Shown: positions 17,237 to 27,900 of the stretch, piece after piece
Numbering within the stretch: the stretch's first letter is position 1
Layout of the letters: each line of letters starts with the position of its first letter
NCBI GenBank assembly: GCA_041651535.1
Contig: JBAZIZ010000001.1
Coordinates: forward strand, 96,368 to 160,367
Source of the DNA: Patescibacteria group bacterium
Lineage (GTDB): Bacteria; Patescibacteriota; Patescibacteriia; Magasanikbacterales; UBA922
Direction: 5' to 3'
Length of the DNA stretch: 64,000 nt
Position numbers and translations under genes: made by a program
The notes under the pieces: generated by a model
Told to the model about the DNA's origin: nothing
The model's input: only the letters and a program-made list of their open reading frames with translations
The model's database searches: none

Positions 17237-18046
17237 TTACATTAAAATAGACAAAGAGTATTGTGGCCAATTATTATCCTTATTTTCTACAATACACATA
17301 CCTGATGAAATTTTTATTGACAAAGAAAGTAATATAATATTTTTCAAAAAAATAATTATTTCATTTAATAATCTAATTAAAAAATCATTTACATTTTCAA
17401 ATTCTTCACCATTGTGATATATCCGTTGTGAAATTACTTCTTGATTTTTCTGTTTATAAATTATATTACTTACATTTTCTAAACGACCACGATGTATACT
17501 ATCTCTTAAAAAGACTATATAAGAAATCCAAGATATATTATTCTCTATATATTTTTTTAAATTTTGTGCTTTATTATTCAAATCTAAAGATAAATTATTA
17601 TCTATGCTATCTAACACAACTTTTCCACTTTTTTTATTTTTTTTGTGCCACCCATTTAAACTAAACCCTAATAATGGATTGAGGCTTTTTGCTAATGAGT
17701 CTAAAGCAGCTTTTATCTGATTTAACATACCATCAATTTCACTTATTAAATCAATTGGATTTAAAGACATGTCTATTGTGTTAGAACTAGACAAACATTC
17801 TTTTTTAAAATCTTCTAATATTTCTTTTTCTTGCAAATTATATTTTCGTAAATGATTATTAGCTTTTAATAGACTGTGTGCAACACTCTTGATATGATTA
17901 AAATATTCTTCGCTATCTTTTTTTGTTTTAAACGAAAAAATATCTAAATTTAAACACATAACTATATTAAAAGTATTAGACATAATTTTTTTATCTACAT
18001 CATCTTTCATTTCAAAAAGCTTTGTTAAAACAATATCTTCTCCCAT
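17237..18046 (-). CDS. hypothetical protein
   Basis: 269-aa ORF directly upstream of the HNH gene on the same strand; no recognisable motif. Confidence 0.5.
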   Translation of the reverse strand: MGEDIVLTKLFEMKDDVDKKIMSNTFNIVMCLNLDIFSFKTKKDSEEYFNHIKSVAHSLLKANNHLRKYNLQEKEILEDFKKECLSSSNTIDMSLNPIDLISEIDGMLNQIKAALDSLAKSLNPLLGFSLNGWHKKNKKSGKVVLDSIDNNLSLDLNNKAQNLKKYIENNISWISYIVFLRDSIHRGRLENVSNIIYKQKNQEVISQRIYHNGEEFENVNDFLIRLLNEIIIFLKNIILLSLSIKISSGMCIVENKDNNWPQYSLSILM

Positions 18047-18300
18047 AAAATTTTACAAAATTATAATATTAATATTTTATATATATTTAATATAACTCTT
18101 TTAAATACTTGCGTCAATTATGAATTTGAATTTTACTGATGTCGGGGGGTCAAATTTTATACACAAGTAAATTTACCTAAAACTAGCCTAAAAAAAGACT
18201 TCTAAAATTTGTAAATTCGGAAACTATTTTTTTTATATCTATACTTAATTTATAAGAATGTAATCATTTATATTCTTTTTTAAAAATTAATTTATCTAAT

Positions 18301-19638
18301 ATGAAAAAAGATAAACAACTCAAAATTGAGTATATTACTGTCGAGGAATTAAAATCATACGAACAAAACCCTCGTCTTTGGTCTGAAGATGCGACAAAAC
18401 AACTTAAAGAAAGTATTAAACGCTTTGGAGTTGTCGACCCTTTAATTGTAAATTCTGCACCTGACAGAAAAAACATAGTTCTTGGTGGTAATTTTAGATT
18501 ACTTATATTAAAAGAAATGGGTATTAAAATTATACCAATTGTATATATAAATATAACTGATACTAAAAAAGAAAAGGAGCTAGTTATTCGATTAAATAAA
18601 AACATAGGAACATGGGACTATAATCTCTTAAAAGAGTTTGATGAAGGTATTTTGTCTGACATAGGTTTTAATAGTGAAGAATTAGATGAAATATTTGATA
18701 TTGAATCAGAGCCTGAAAAATTTGATCTACAAAAAGAATTAGAGAAATTAAATATAAAAAATATAGAAATGAAAAAAGGACAAATCTGGCAACTTGATAA
18801 ATGTCGAATAATGATTGGAGATTCAACGATCAGAAAAGATATAGAAAAACTTATGAGTGATGAAAAAGCTGATATGTGTTTAACAGATCCACCATATATA
18901 CTTGATTATCTAAAAGGTAAAAAGAAAAATGGTAAACCCACTGAAGGTTTTGGTTACAAAAGAGATCGTAAATATTTAGAAACAGATATTTTACCTGATG
19001 ATTTTACAGAGAAATGGATATCCAATATATCTAAAATACAAAAAGAAAGTTTTAGTATTATATGTTATGAAAATTGGAAGAATTTACGAATCATTTGGAA
19101 TGAAATGGAAAAATACTGGAAAATAAAAAATATGATTGTTTGGCATTTACCTAATAGAACACAAGGATTTGCAGCTAAATATAAATTTTTTAGTAAACAT
19201 GATATTGCAATGGTTGGAGTTTCTAAAAAACACTCTTGTGAATTAAATACGACGAATGAAGAAGAATTACTTGAAGAAGAATATAGAACTGCTCTTTTTG
19301 CTATTTCAGGAAAACCACATTGGGAAGGCTATAAAAAAGGTAAAAAATACACACCAACTGATTTTATCGAATACAAGGCTAGTGATGAAAAAAGTTCAGG
19401 ACAAGGAATAATATTTGGTACAAAACCATTAGAAATATTAATTCCCTACATAAAAGTATTAACCAAAAGAAATGATCTAATTATCGAACCATTTGGTGGA
19501 AGTGGTAGTACACTGATAGCTTCATATAAAATGAAAAGACGTTGTTATTTAATGGAAAAGTCCCCTATCTATGCTGAAGTGATTAGAAATAGATGGGAAA
19601 AATTTTCTGGCAAAAAAGCTAAATTAATTAAAAATTAA
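18301..19638 (+). CDS. ParB-like nuclease domain fused to beta-class DNA methyltransferase (DPPY)
   Basis: N-terminal ParB/Srx-like region (IEYITVEELKSYEQNPR..VDPLIVN); motif IV CLTDPPYILDY followed by C-terminal motif I IIEPFGGSGST (beta-class order). Confidence 0.8.
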   Translation: MKKDKQLKIEYITVEELKSYEQNPRLWSEDATKQLKESIKRFGVVDPLIVNSAPDRKNIVLGGNFRLLILKEMGIKIIPIVYINITDTKKEKELVIRLNKNIGTWDYNLLKEFDEGILSDIGFNSEELDEIFDIESEPEKFDLQKELEKLNIKNIEMKKGQIWQLDKCRIMIGDSTIRKDIEKLMSDEKADMCLTDPPYILDYLKGKKKNGKPTEGFGYKRDRKYLETDILPDDFTEKWISNISKIQKESFSIICYENWKNLRIIWNEMEKYWKIKNMIVWHLPNRTQGFAAKYKFFSKHDIAMVGVSKKHSCELNTTNEEELLEEEYRTALFAISGKPHWEGYKKGKKYTPTDFIEYKASDEKSSGQGIIFGTKPLEILIPYIKVLTKRNDLIIEPFGGSGSTLIASYKMKRRCYLMEKSPIYAEVIRNRWEKFSGKKAKLIKN

Positions 19639-19642
19639 AAAT

Positions 19643-20029
19643 ATGAATCAAAAAAAGAAAAAAGAATTAATTAAATTAGTTCAAGAAAACCCAATTATTG
19701 AACTAGCATGTCGTAAAATTGGTATAGCTAGATCTACTTTTTACAGATGGAAATTTGAAGATAAAAAATTTTCTTTAGATATAGAAAAAGCTAGAGAAGA
19801 AAGTAAAGAAGTAGTTAGTGATCTAGCCGAATCACAGCTTATAACTTTAATTAAAGATGGAAAAATAAGAGCAGTAATGTTTTGGCTTAAAAGTCATCAT
19901 AAAGATTATGCAACAAAAGTAGAACTAAAAGGAAAAGTAAAATTAGCTACTGATGAATTATCAGAAGAACAAAAAATAAATGTTGAAAAAGCACTTCAAT
20001 TATATGGTCTTACTCCTAATAAAAAATAA
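19643..20029 (+). CDS. putative phage terminase small subunit (HTH)
   Basis: 128 aa; HTH ELACRKIGIARSTFYRWK; immediately upstream of and overlapping the large terminase gene. Confidence 0.45.
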   Translation: MNQKKKKELIKLVQENPIIELACRKIGIARSTFYRWKFEDKKFSLDIEKAREESKEVVSDLAESQLITLIKDGKIRAVMFWLKSHHKDYATKVELKGKVKLATDELSEEQKINVEKALQLYGLTPNKK

Positions 20030-20033
20030 TAAT

Positions 20034-21470
20034 ATGGCAATATACAATGAAATAATCAATGATAGAATAACAAGAGTGGCTATATCCAGAACAAGTCATA
20101 AATGGTTTTTTGCTACTTATTTTAATCATTATATAACTTATAAGGCTGCTAAATTTCATCATGAAATGTTTGATATAAGTGAAAATGAAAATATTAATCA
20201 AGTAGCAATGGTGGCTTTTAGAGGTTCTGGCAAATCTACTATTTTTACTTTATCATATCCACTATGGGCAATAACTGGAAAACAAAGAAAAAAGTTTGTA
20301 GTTATTTTAGCCAGAACACAAAGACAAGCAAAACAGTTACTAAATAATATAAAAAAAGAATTAGAGTCTAACGAATTACTACGTAATGATCTTGGCCCTT
20401 TTGAAGATCAATCTGATGAATGGGGTTCTTATGCTTTACTTTTACCTTGGTATAACGCAAAAATAATATCTGTATCAATGGAACAAACAATACGTGGAAT
20501 GAGACATATGCAGTATAGGCCTGATCTAATTATTTGTGATGATGTGGAAGATCTTGATTCTGTAAAAACAAAAGAAGGGAGAGATAAAGTAAAAAAATGG
20601 ATTACTGGTGAAGTTATACCTGCTGGAGATAAAAATACAAGAATTATCTTTATAGGAAATCTTTTACACGAAGACTGCTTATTAATAAATATTATAAATA
20701 AAATAAAAGAAAAAAAAATAGATGGAATATATAAATTTATACCAATTGTTGATAATAATGAAAACATAATGTGGCCAGATAAATTTAAAAACATGGATGA
20801 GATTAAAAAAGAAAAAAATAAACTATCTAATAAAATATCTTGGCTAAGGGAATATATGTTAAAAATTGTACCTGAAGAAAATCAGGTTATTCACAGAGAA
20901 TGGATAAAGTATTATGACGAGTTACCTACTAAAAAAAATATTCATTATAGACAAACGGTAATAGGTGTTGATCTTGCAATATCACAAAAAAATTCAGCTG
21001 ATTATACAGCAATGGTTTGTATGCAAGTTCATGGACGTAATGAAAATTTAAAAATATACATATTACCAAATCCAATTAACAAAAGAATGACTCATCATGA
21101 AACACTAGAAACAATAAAAAAACTCTATGCAACCTTATCAACCAATGGACATCTCTTATCAAATATATATATCGAAGATGTTGGTTATCAAAAATCAGTA
21201 GTACAAGAACTTGATAGGTTTAGAGTCCCAGCAGAAGGAGTTTCTGTTTCTGGTACTGATAAAAGAACAAGACTTACCACAGTAAGTCATCTTATACAAA
21301 ATGGTGCAGTTATATTTCCTAGAAAAGGATGCGAATTACTAATTGACCAATTAGTTCATTTTGGCGTTGAAAAATATGATGATTTAGTTGATGCATTTAC
21401 TATTGCTTTAAATAAAGTAATACAGGATGATAATAGAGGTTATTTAGCTTCTGATTTTCTTTTGTTTTAA
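20034..21470 (+). CDS. phage terminase large subunit (Terminase_6/PBSX-like); ORF-track start 19980 overlaps terS, so the Met at 20034 (MAIYNE...) is the likelier start
   Basis: Walker A-like AFRGSGKST; Walker B LIICDDVEDL; C-terminal RNaseH-like nuclease region with conserved acidic residues. Confidence 0.7.
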   Translation: MAIYNEIINDRITRVAISRTSHKWFFATYFNHYITYKAAKFHHEMFDISENENINQVAMVAFRGSGKSTIFTLSYPLWAITGKQRKKFVVILARTQRQAKQLLNNIKKELESNELLRNDLGPFEDQSDEWGSYALLLPWYNAKIISVSMEQTIRGMRHMQYRPDLIICDDVEDLDSVKTKEGRDKVKKWITGEVIPAGDKNTRIIFIGNLLHEDCLLINIINKIKEKKIDGIYKFIPIVDNNENIMWPDKFKNMDEIKKEKNKLSNKISWLREYMLKIVPEENQVIHREWIKYYDELPTKKNIHYRQTVIGVDLAISQKNSADYTAMVCMQVHGRNENLKIYILPNPINKRMTHHETLETIKKLYATLSTNGHLLSNIYIEDVGYQKSVVQELDRFRVPAEGVSVSGTDKRTRLTTVSHLIQNGAVIFPRKGCELLIDQLVHFGVEKYDDLVDAFTIALNKVIQDDNRGYLASDFLLF

Positions 21471-22585
21471 TCACAATTCGGGTTTAAAGTCCTAGTTGGA
21501 TAAGCTATTAAAAGTTCTTCTAATGAGTTGAAAACTTTTAAATTACTAGGACTTAATTCTTGCCAACTTTCACAAGAAGCTGGGTAATAATATTTAGTTC
21601 TCCAATGTGAAGAAGTATAATATTTATTATCACTTTGTGTTTCTAAAATTGATTCATTTTCTGTTTCATTATTATTTGATTCAACATTAGATGCTTGAGT
21701 TGTGTCACCATCACATGTATCAGATGACCAAAGACCTCTTAGATTATCTCTTGCTTCTTTTTCTGCTGTTTTAAATTCTGCTTGATATTTATAAGGTAAA
21801 TTATATGTATATTCATGAGCAAAACCTTGTTCAATCATATATTTATTATAAAATAAACCGTCTTCACGATAAACATATGCTAATAATCTTCCATAAATAT
21901 CAAATTCACCTTGAGTAGGATCAGTTTCTATACGAACTTTTGTCCCTGATAAAAGTTCTTTAGCTTTATTAGATGCTTCAACTCCAAAACACTGAACAGG
22001 TTTTCTAGGGTCAACTGTTTCAGGAGTATCTAATCCTATAAGACGCAAAGTGATAATATCACCGTCTTTTAAAATTTTAATGGTATCACCATCAGTTACT
22101 TTTTCAACTTGATAATAAATATATTTTGAATCATTTGTTTCTTCTTCTTTTGTATTTTCAACATATTCTTCTGTATTATTTTTTTCTGTAATACCTTCTT
22201 CTGTCTTTAATTCAATTATATTTTCATCATCATTCTGAACAATATTTTCTGAAGTTTCATTTTCTGCTATTTCATTTACTAATTCTTCTCTGTTTTTTTC
22301 TTTCAAATTATTAGCAACAAATACTTCACCTTGATTACTATTTTCAACAGGTGGTGCGGTTATTCCCATTATTATAAAAGTTGCAATAATTAGAAAAGAG
22401 AATAAAAGGAGTATGTTTTTTCTTTTAGGAACCCTTTTTAAGGTATCATAAAAAATATTTGGCTTTATTAAACCTGCTACCAAAAAAAATACTGAAAATA
22501 TAAATAGAAAAAAAGAAAAAATAAACATATTATATATAAAAATAAAAAACCAATTATAATCAGCTGGTTTTTTGTTTTTAAACAC
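21467..22585 (-). CDS. membrane-anchored SNase/thermonuclease-like nuclease
   Basis: N-terminal TM helix; VTDGDTIKIL...RLIGLDTPET...YGRLLAYVY staphylococcal-nuclease motifs. Confidence 0.7.
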   Translation of the reverse strand: MFKNKKPADYNWFFIFIYNMFIFSFFLFIFSVFFLVAGLIKPNIFYDTLKRVPKRKNILLLFSFLIIATFIIMGITAPPVENSNQGEVFVANNLKEKNREELVNEIAENETSENIVQNDDENIIELKTEEGITEKNNTEEYVENTKEEETNDSKYIYYQVEKVTDGDTIKILKDGDIITLRLIGLDTPETVDPRKPVQCFGVEASNKAKELLSGTKVRIETDPTQGEFDIYGRLLAYVYREDGLFYNKYMIEQGFAHEYTYNLPYKYQAEFKTAEKEARDNLRGLWSSDTCDGDTTQASNVESNNNETENESILETQSDNKYYTSSHWRTKYYYPASCESWQELSPSNLKVFNSLEELLIAYPTRTLNPNCD

Positions 22586-22637
22586 AAAACCCCAGACCAG
22601 CCGGACCTTGCGGTCCTATATTTGTTTCCAAATATAA

Positions 22638-22682
22638 CTCGTTGAAAAGTCGCTGATCTTGGGGATCAGTATTTTCAACGAG
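22638..22682. other. nested palindrome CTCGTTGAAAA-[CTGATC ttgggg GATCAG]-TTTTCAACGAG; candidate att core or operator for the adjacent serine recombinase
   Basis: perfect 11-bp outer inverted repeat enclosing a 6-bp inner one; in the divergent intergenic region upstream of the recombinase; further small palindromes nearby (CTCATAAA..TTTATGAG, GACGCGTC). Confidence 0.3.
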
Positions 22683-22913
22683 GTTTCATACCATGCTCAT
22701 AAAAATTTATGAGTTTAGGTATCTGGTATTATCCAGTGTTAATTGTAATTACATTTTAACTTAAAAAAGCTAAAATGTCCAATTTAATAATAGCTTAGAT
22801 ATTGATTTTTGCGAAGTCTAGTTACCAACAGTTTACCTACTTCCCTACTGGACGACAGGAACGGGACGCGTCATTAATGTAAGTAATAAGATAATAATTT
22901 TTAATTTAATATC

Positions 22914-24206
22914 ATGGAACAAGAACAAGACAATCTTCAAGAAAAAGTCCGTTATTGCCTATATGCTAGAAAAAGTACAGAGCAAGATGAACTTCAAGCA
23001 TTATCAATAGATTCTCAAATCAAAGAAATGCTTGATATGGCTAATAAGGAAGGCATGAATATAGTAGAGATAAGAAAAGAAAGCCATTCGGCTAAAGATT
23101 CAGGGCAAAGACCAGTATTCAATCAACTACTCATGGATATAAAGAAAGGAATGTTTAATGGTATTTTATGTTGGGCACCTGATAGATTAAGTAGAAATGC
23201 AGGAGACTTAGGTTCAACAGTAGATTTAATAGATCAAGGTCATTTGTTAGAAATACGAACACACAGTCAAAAATTTACCAATAATCCAAATGAAAAATTT
23301 CTTCTCATGATCTTAGGTAGTCAAGCTAAATTAGAAAATGACCATAAAGGCGAAAATGTAAAACGTGGACTTAGAGCAAAATGTGAACAAGGCTGGCGAC
23401 CTGGCTTACCTCCTCTTGGATATTGGCATGATAAATATGCTAACAAAGGTCAAAAGAAAGTTTTTATAGATACTGAAAGAGCTCCTCATATAAAAAAGAT
23501 GTTTGAGCTAGTGGCTTATGAAAATTATAGTGGTAGAGATTTAGATATATGGCTAAGAAAAAATAATGTAAAAACTAAAAAAGGTAAAAACTTTACTTTA
23601 AGTATGGTTTATAGAATATTAGCTGAACGATTCTATTATGGAGATTTTGAATATCCTGTTGGTAGTGGAAAAATATATAAAGGATCACATGAACCTATAA
23701 TATCAAAAGAGCTTTTTATGAAAACAAGAGAAAACTTAACAGTAGCACCAAGAAGGCATCCTGGAACAATAGATTATGCTTTTACTAGATTATTTTATTG
23801 TGGAAAATGTGGTTCTGGAATATCAGCTGAAGAAAAATTTAAACATCAAAAAAACGGTACAGTTCATAGGTATGTCTATTATCACTGCACCAGAGGTAAG
23901 GACAGAAACTGTAAAGAAAAAGCAATTCGTGAAGAAGATTTGATCAAGCAAATGGTTAACCTGATTGATAAGATCGAAGTGGACCAATTAAAAATTGGCG
24001 AAAAAGTGAAAGCTGAAATGGATAGATTTAGGAAGTTTAGTTCTATGCTAGGACAAACCGCTGAACAGCTCAAAAATGTTAACCTAGATGCGAGAAACTA
24101 TGCCAAGTATATTCTTTTGGAAGGAAGTAAAGAGGAAAAAAGAGAGTTATTGGAGTGTATGAGAGGAAAAGTAGTATTGAAGAATAAGGAATTATTTGTT
24201 AAATAA
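22914..24206 (+). CDS. large serine recombinase (phage-type integrase)
   Basis: N-terminal resolvase domain with catalytic YARKSTEQD; recombinase domain; Cys-rich zinc ribbon CGKCGSG...YYHCTRGKDRNC. Confidence 0.85.
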   Translation: MEQEQDNLQEKVRYCLYARKSTEQDELQALSIDSQIKEMLDMANKEGMNIVEIRKESHSAKDSGQRPVFNQLLMDIKKGMFNGILCWAPDRLSRNAGDLGSTVDLIDQGHLLEIRTHSQKFTNNPNEKFLLMILGSQAKLENDHKGENVKRGLRAKCEQGWRPGLPPLGYWHDKYANKGQKKVFIDTERAPHIKKMFELVAYENYSGRDLDIWLRKNNVKTKKGKNFTLSMVYRILAERFYYGDFEYPVGSGKIYKGSHEPIISKELFMKTRENLTVAPRRHPGTIDYAFTRLFYCGKCGSGISAEEKFKHQKNGTVHRYVYYHCTRGKDRNCKEKAIREEDLIKQMVNLIDKIEVDQLKIGEKVKAEMDRFRKFSSMLGQTAEQLKNVNLDARNYAKYILLEGSKEEKRELLECMRGKVVLKNKELFVK

Positions 24207-24208
24207 TT

Positions 24209-24952
24209 CTATTTTTTAATTTTAGACTTTATAAAATCTAAAAATTTTTGATTAACCTGTAATTTTTGCTTACCATTTTCAAGTGTTAAATTAATTCCAG
24301 AAATATTTTTAAATAAAATTAAGGCGAATCTGATTACTTTTTTTGCATTACCTTTATCTTGCTTATTTCCAATATCGAAAGAATGAATATATTTATTTCT
24401 AATATTTCTAATTTCTTCTAACATTCTCGCGTTGTCTTCATCAATAATTTTAACTAAGTTCAATATTTTTATTCTTCTTTCTTGATCTACTTTACCAAAA
24501 AGAATTTTTTGTTCATTTTTATCAAGTATATTTCCACCCATTGAAAATTTATTCATTTCCCAAACAACATAAGACATCATTTCAGCAGAAAGTCCTGCAA
24601 GTGTAATACATGAAAGATATTCACCTAGAGTAAAATATTTTTTTGCTAAAAGTAAAGGTTGAATGATTCTATTGGTAATATCTTCATAATTTTGACTAGG
24701 AGTAATACCTAAATGAGTTTCGTCATCTGTAATTTCACAATATCGTCTTATTTCATCTTTTTTTATTTTAGAAAAATCTTTACCCAAAAAATCTTCCAGC
24801 ATTGAAATAGAATGATCCTGACGTTGTTTCAAATCTTTCTTTTTTGGTTTTGTTAATAACCAATTTTTATCATCTTCAGAAAAAATAGGACCGAAGCGAT
24901 TTAAATTTAGAAGAATAGTATTTCCTTGTGACATATCAACTACTTTCCTCAA
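24209..24952 (-). CDS. hypothetical protein with HEPN-like Rx4H motif; third gene of the MTase-helicase operon
   Basis: EEIRNIRNKYIHSFD near the C-terminus; start overlaps the MTase stop by 17 nt. Confidence 0.45.
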   Translation of the reverse strand: MRKVVDMSQGNTILLNLNRFGPIFSEDDKNWLLTKPKKKDLKQRQDHSISMLEDFLGKDFSKIKKDEIRRYCEITDDETHLGITPSQNYEDITNRIIQPLLLAKKYFTLGEYLSCITLAGLSAEMMSYVVWEMNKFSMGGNILDKNEQKILFGKVDQERRIKILNLVKIIDEDNARMLEEIRNIRNKYIHSFDIGNKQDKGNAKKVIRFALILFKNISGINLTLENGKQKLQVNQKFLDFIKSKIKK

Positions 24953-27900
24953 TAACTTTTATCTCCTCATCAGTTAAATCATAAAGCTTATAAACTAACT
25001 GATCAATTTCTTCTTCTAATTTAGAAGTGTCAGCATCTGAATTTTCTTTTCTTGTTTTTAGTAATGTGTCAACTAAATTTATAATCGGTCTTTGTTCTTC
25101 TAATGAAATACTAGGAATTGGTAAATTATTTATGGCGGGCATTGTGATTTGCCACCCAACGTAAGTTTTTGTATATAAGAAATTAATAACTTTAGAATTA
25201 AGTACCGCTAATAAATATTTTAATGAAAATTTTTGATTTTTCTGCAAACAAATATAAGCAGTATTTAATAAATAAAACTGATCATTATCAATAGTACAAA
25301 CGAAAGAATTACTTCTACGTGGAAAAATTATTTTCTCTTTTGCCAAAAACAGCCGTTCTTCCCTAGGTCTATGTAATTTTTTTGTATATTTAATATACCT
25401 ATTTTCTTTCTTTTTATCATATTCAATTAGATATTTTTTTATATCTCGTCCATCTAAGACCCTTTTGTAATTTTCATCAACTTTTTCATTAGCAAAAACA
25501 TCTTCCTTTTTTTGACCAGAGTATATAATACCTTGCTGAACCTCAATTATATCTGATAAGGTTGTCGAACTAGAATTAATTTTATTTATTATACAATTTA
25601 TATTGGCTGAATTTTTAGTTAAAATGATGTCATTGATATCTGACTGTTTAATTTCTGTAATTTTTTTATTTAAATCTAATAAAATTTGGATAGAGGAATC
25701 TTTTTTAGATTTATTCTTTAAAACAATCACCGAAGTGTCAACGGCCGCTTCAAAAACACGGGAAGAAAAGTTGGAGATAGTGCAAATTTGTGTTTTTTCT
25801 AATAAATATTTTCTAATATGTCTATATTCAGAATTTGTATATAAAGATTCTGGTAGAATGAAAGTTAGAATTCCATCAGTCTTTAATAATTTTTGACCTT
25901 TTTCTAAAAATAGTGTAAATAAATTAAATCTACCTTTACCTGTATCAAATAAAATAGAAAAACTTTTTTTGTTTTTAGATGTGATTTTTTTAACACTTAC
26001 GTATGGAGGATTGCCAATTACGACATCAAAACCACTTATACCAAACATAAATTTTGGATCAAAAAATTCTGCCACCTGTTCATTATCAAATGGATGATAC
26101 GACTGCAACTGTTCAAGTTTTTTGGATTTACCAAGTAAATTACCTTGATTTTTTGTTAATAAAAGCTTGTTAAACTTTTCTTTTAGGGCTGTCTTAACCT
26201 GCGGACTGCGAGCGTTAAAATATTTATCCCTAATATCCTGCATTTGTTTTTCCAAATCATCCGCTTCATCAAACATCTGTTTTTGTTTAGTATCATCCAA
26301 AGGAATTAGACTATTTGCACAAACAAATTTAAAATCAAGGTTTGGCAATGGTTTAATTTTGTTACTATCAACTTCTTCATCGACAACAATTGACAACCAT
26401 GCTCTAAGTCGTGAAATTTCCACTGCCATTGGCTCTATATCCACCCCATGCAAATTATTTTTGATAATCTCTAGTTTCTTTTTATAAGAATCAAATGTGG
26501 CATCCAATCTTTCATAAGTCTGCAAAAGCAGAGACAGCATACCCATAGGAAAAGCTCCGGATCCGCAAGCAGGATCAAGTATTTTTATTTCATCAAGGGC
26601 TTTTAGTATGTCATATTTATATGGTTTTAATTTATCACGATAATTTCTTTGCTGATCTCTCCAATCATGCTCTTTACTATCCAACAAATTATCTATTAAT
26701 TCAAATGACTTACCTTCATCACCAAGAGTATTTTTCAAATATTGCCTGAGACTCTCGCGAGACATATAATCAACTATTTCGCGAGGAGTATAAAAAGCAC
26801 CTTTGGCTTTTCTTGCCTGTTCTCCGGTTTCTTCTGTTTGTTCAGCTAACAAATTTTCAAAAATACGCCCTAACATCTCTGGGTCAATCGCCACTTGTTG
26901 AAATGTACTAGTACTTTCATCAGTTGTAAAATTGTAATGATGAAGAAAATCAACGAGTCGGTCAAAATAATCAGCAGGAAATGTAAGCTTTGGATCACCA
27001 TGCTTATCTCCAAGTTTTTCTTCAAATAAACCACCGTTCAAAAATGGAGTAATATTATCAATACTTTTCTCTCTATCCTCAATCGGAGTATTAAAAACTT
27101 TAAAAAATAAAGTTTCCAATTTTTCTCTGTAATATTCTGTTGAATTTTTTCCGCTAGTGTTAAAATAATCAATTTTATCATTAATAATACCTTTTTTATC
27201 TAAAAACCAACAAAATACTAATCTACCAATTAAACGATTGACGAAGTAAGAAGCGTGCTTATCGTCAAAAACTTTTTCCTTAATTAAATGTTGTTTTAAT
27301 TCTACAAAGAATGAGCTTACTTCCTTGTAGAATCGTTTGTTGAGAGGTTCAATGTCAAAGCTTTGCCATAAAATTTCATGGACTTGAGCTTTGTTTGTAA
27401 AATCAAATTCTTGTAGCCATTTTGAAAATATTTCTTGTTGCGTAATAGTTAATTCTCCTGAAAGTTCCAAAGTACGAATAACATAATTTTTACTTAATAC
27501 TACTATTACTTTGTCAGATCTTTCTGGAATAACAAAATCAATCCCTACATTTAGATTTCCATAAAAAGGCTCGTCCTCAAAATTCGGAGTAAGAGCCACA
27601 AGCCAACTGATAATTGATTTTTTAGGTTTCTTAACCCAATATACTTTTAAATCTATTTTTTCCAAATTATCATTTGATATTTTGTATGAAGCTCTACGGT
27701 CAGCAAAACCTTCCGCTTCCATAAACCAGCCAGCGTTTGATCTGATTTTACCTTGAGAATCTGTAAATAATTTCCATTCATTTTTGGATTCAATACCAAA
27801 TAATGATACCAAATTATTAATTACATTTTGAGTATTTGAAAAACTCTTTTCCTGTGACAGAATTTTTATTGATTCGTTTAATTCCTGAATTTTTTCTGGT

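Noticed and set aside
18264-18605. ORF 18264..18605 (-), 113 aa
   Set aside because: Overlaps the start of the well-supported ParB-MTase gene on the opposite strand; no motifs.
19980-20033. ORF-track start of terL at 19980
   Set aside because: The N-terminal extension overlaps the terS coding region in another frame. The Met at 20034 gives a conventional terS/terL junction.
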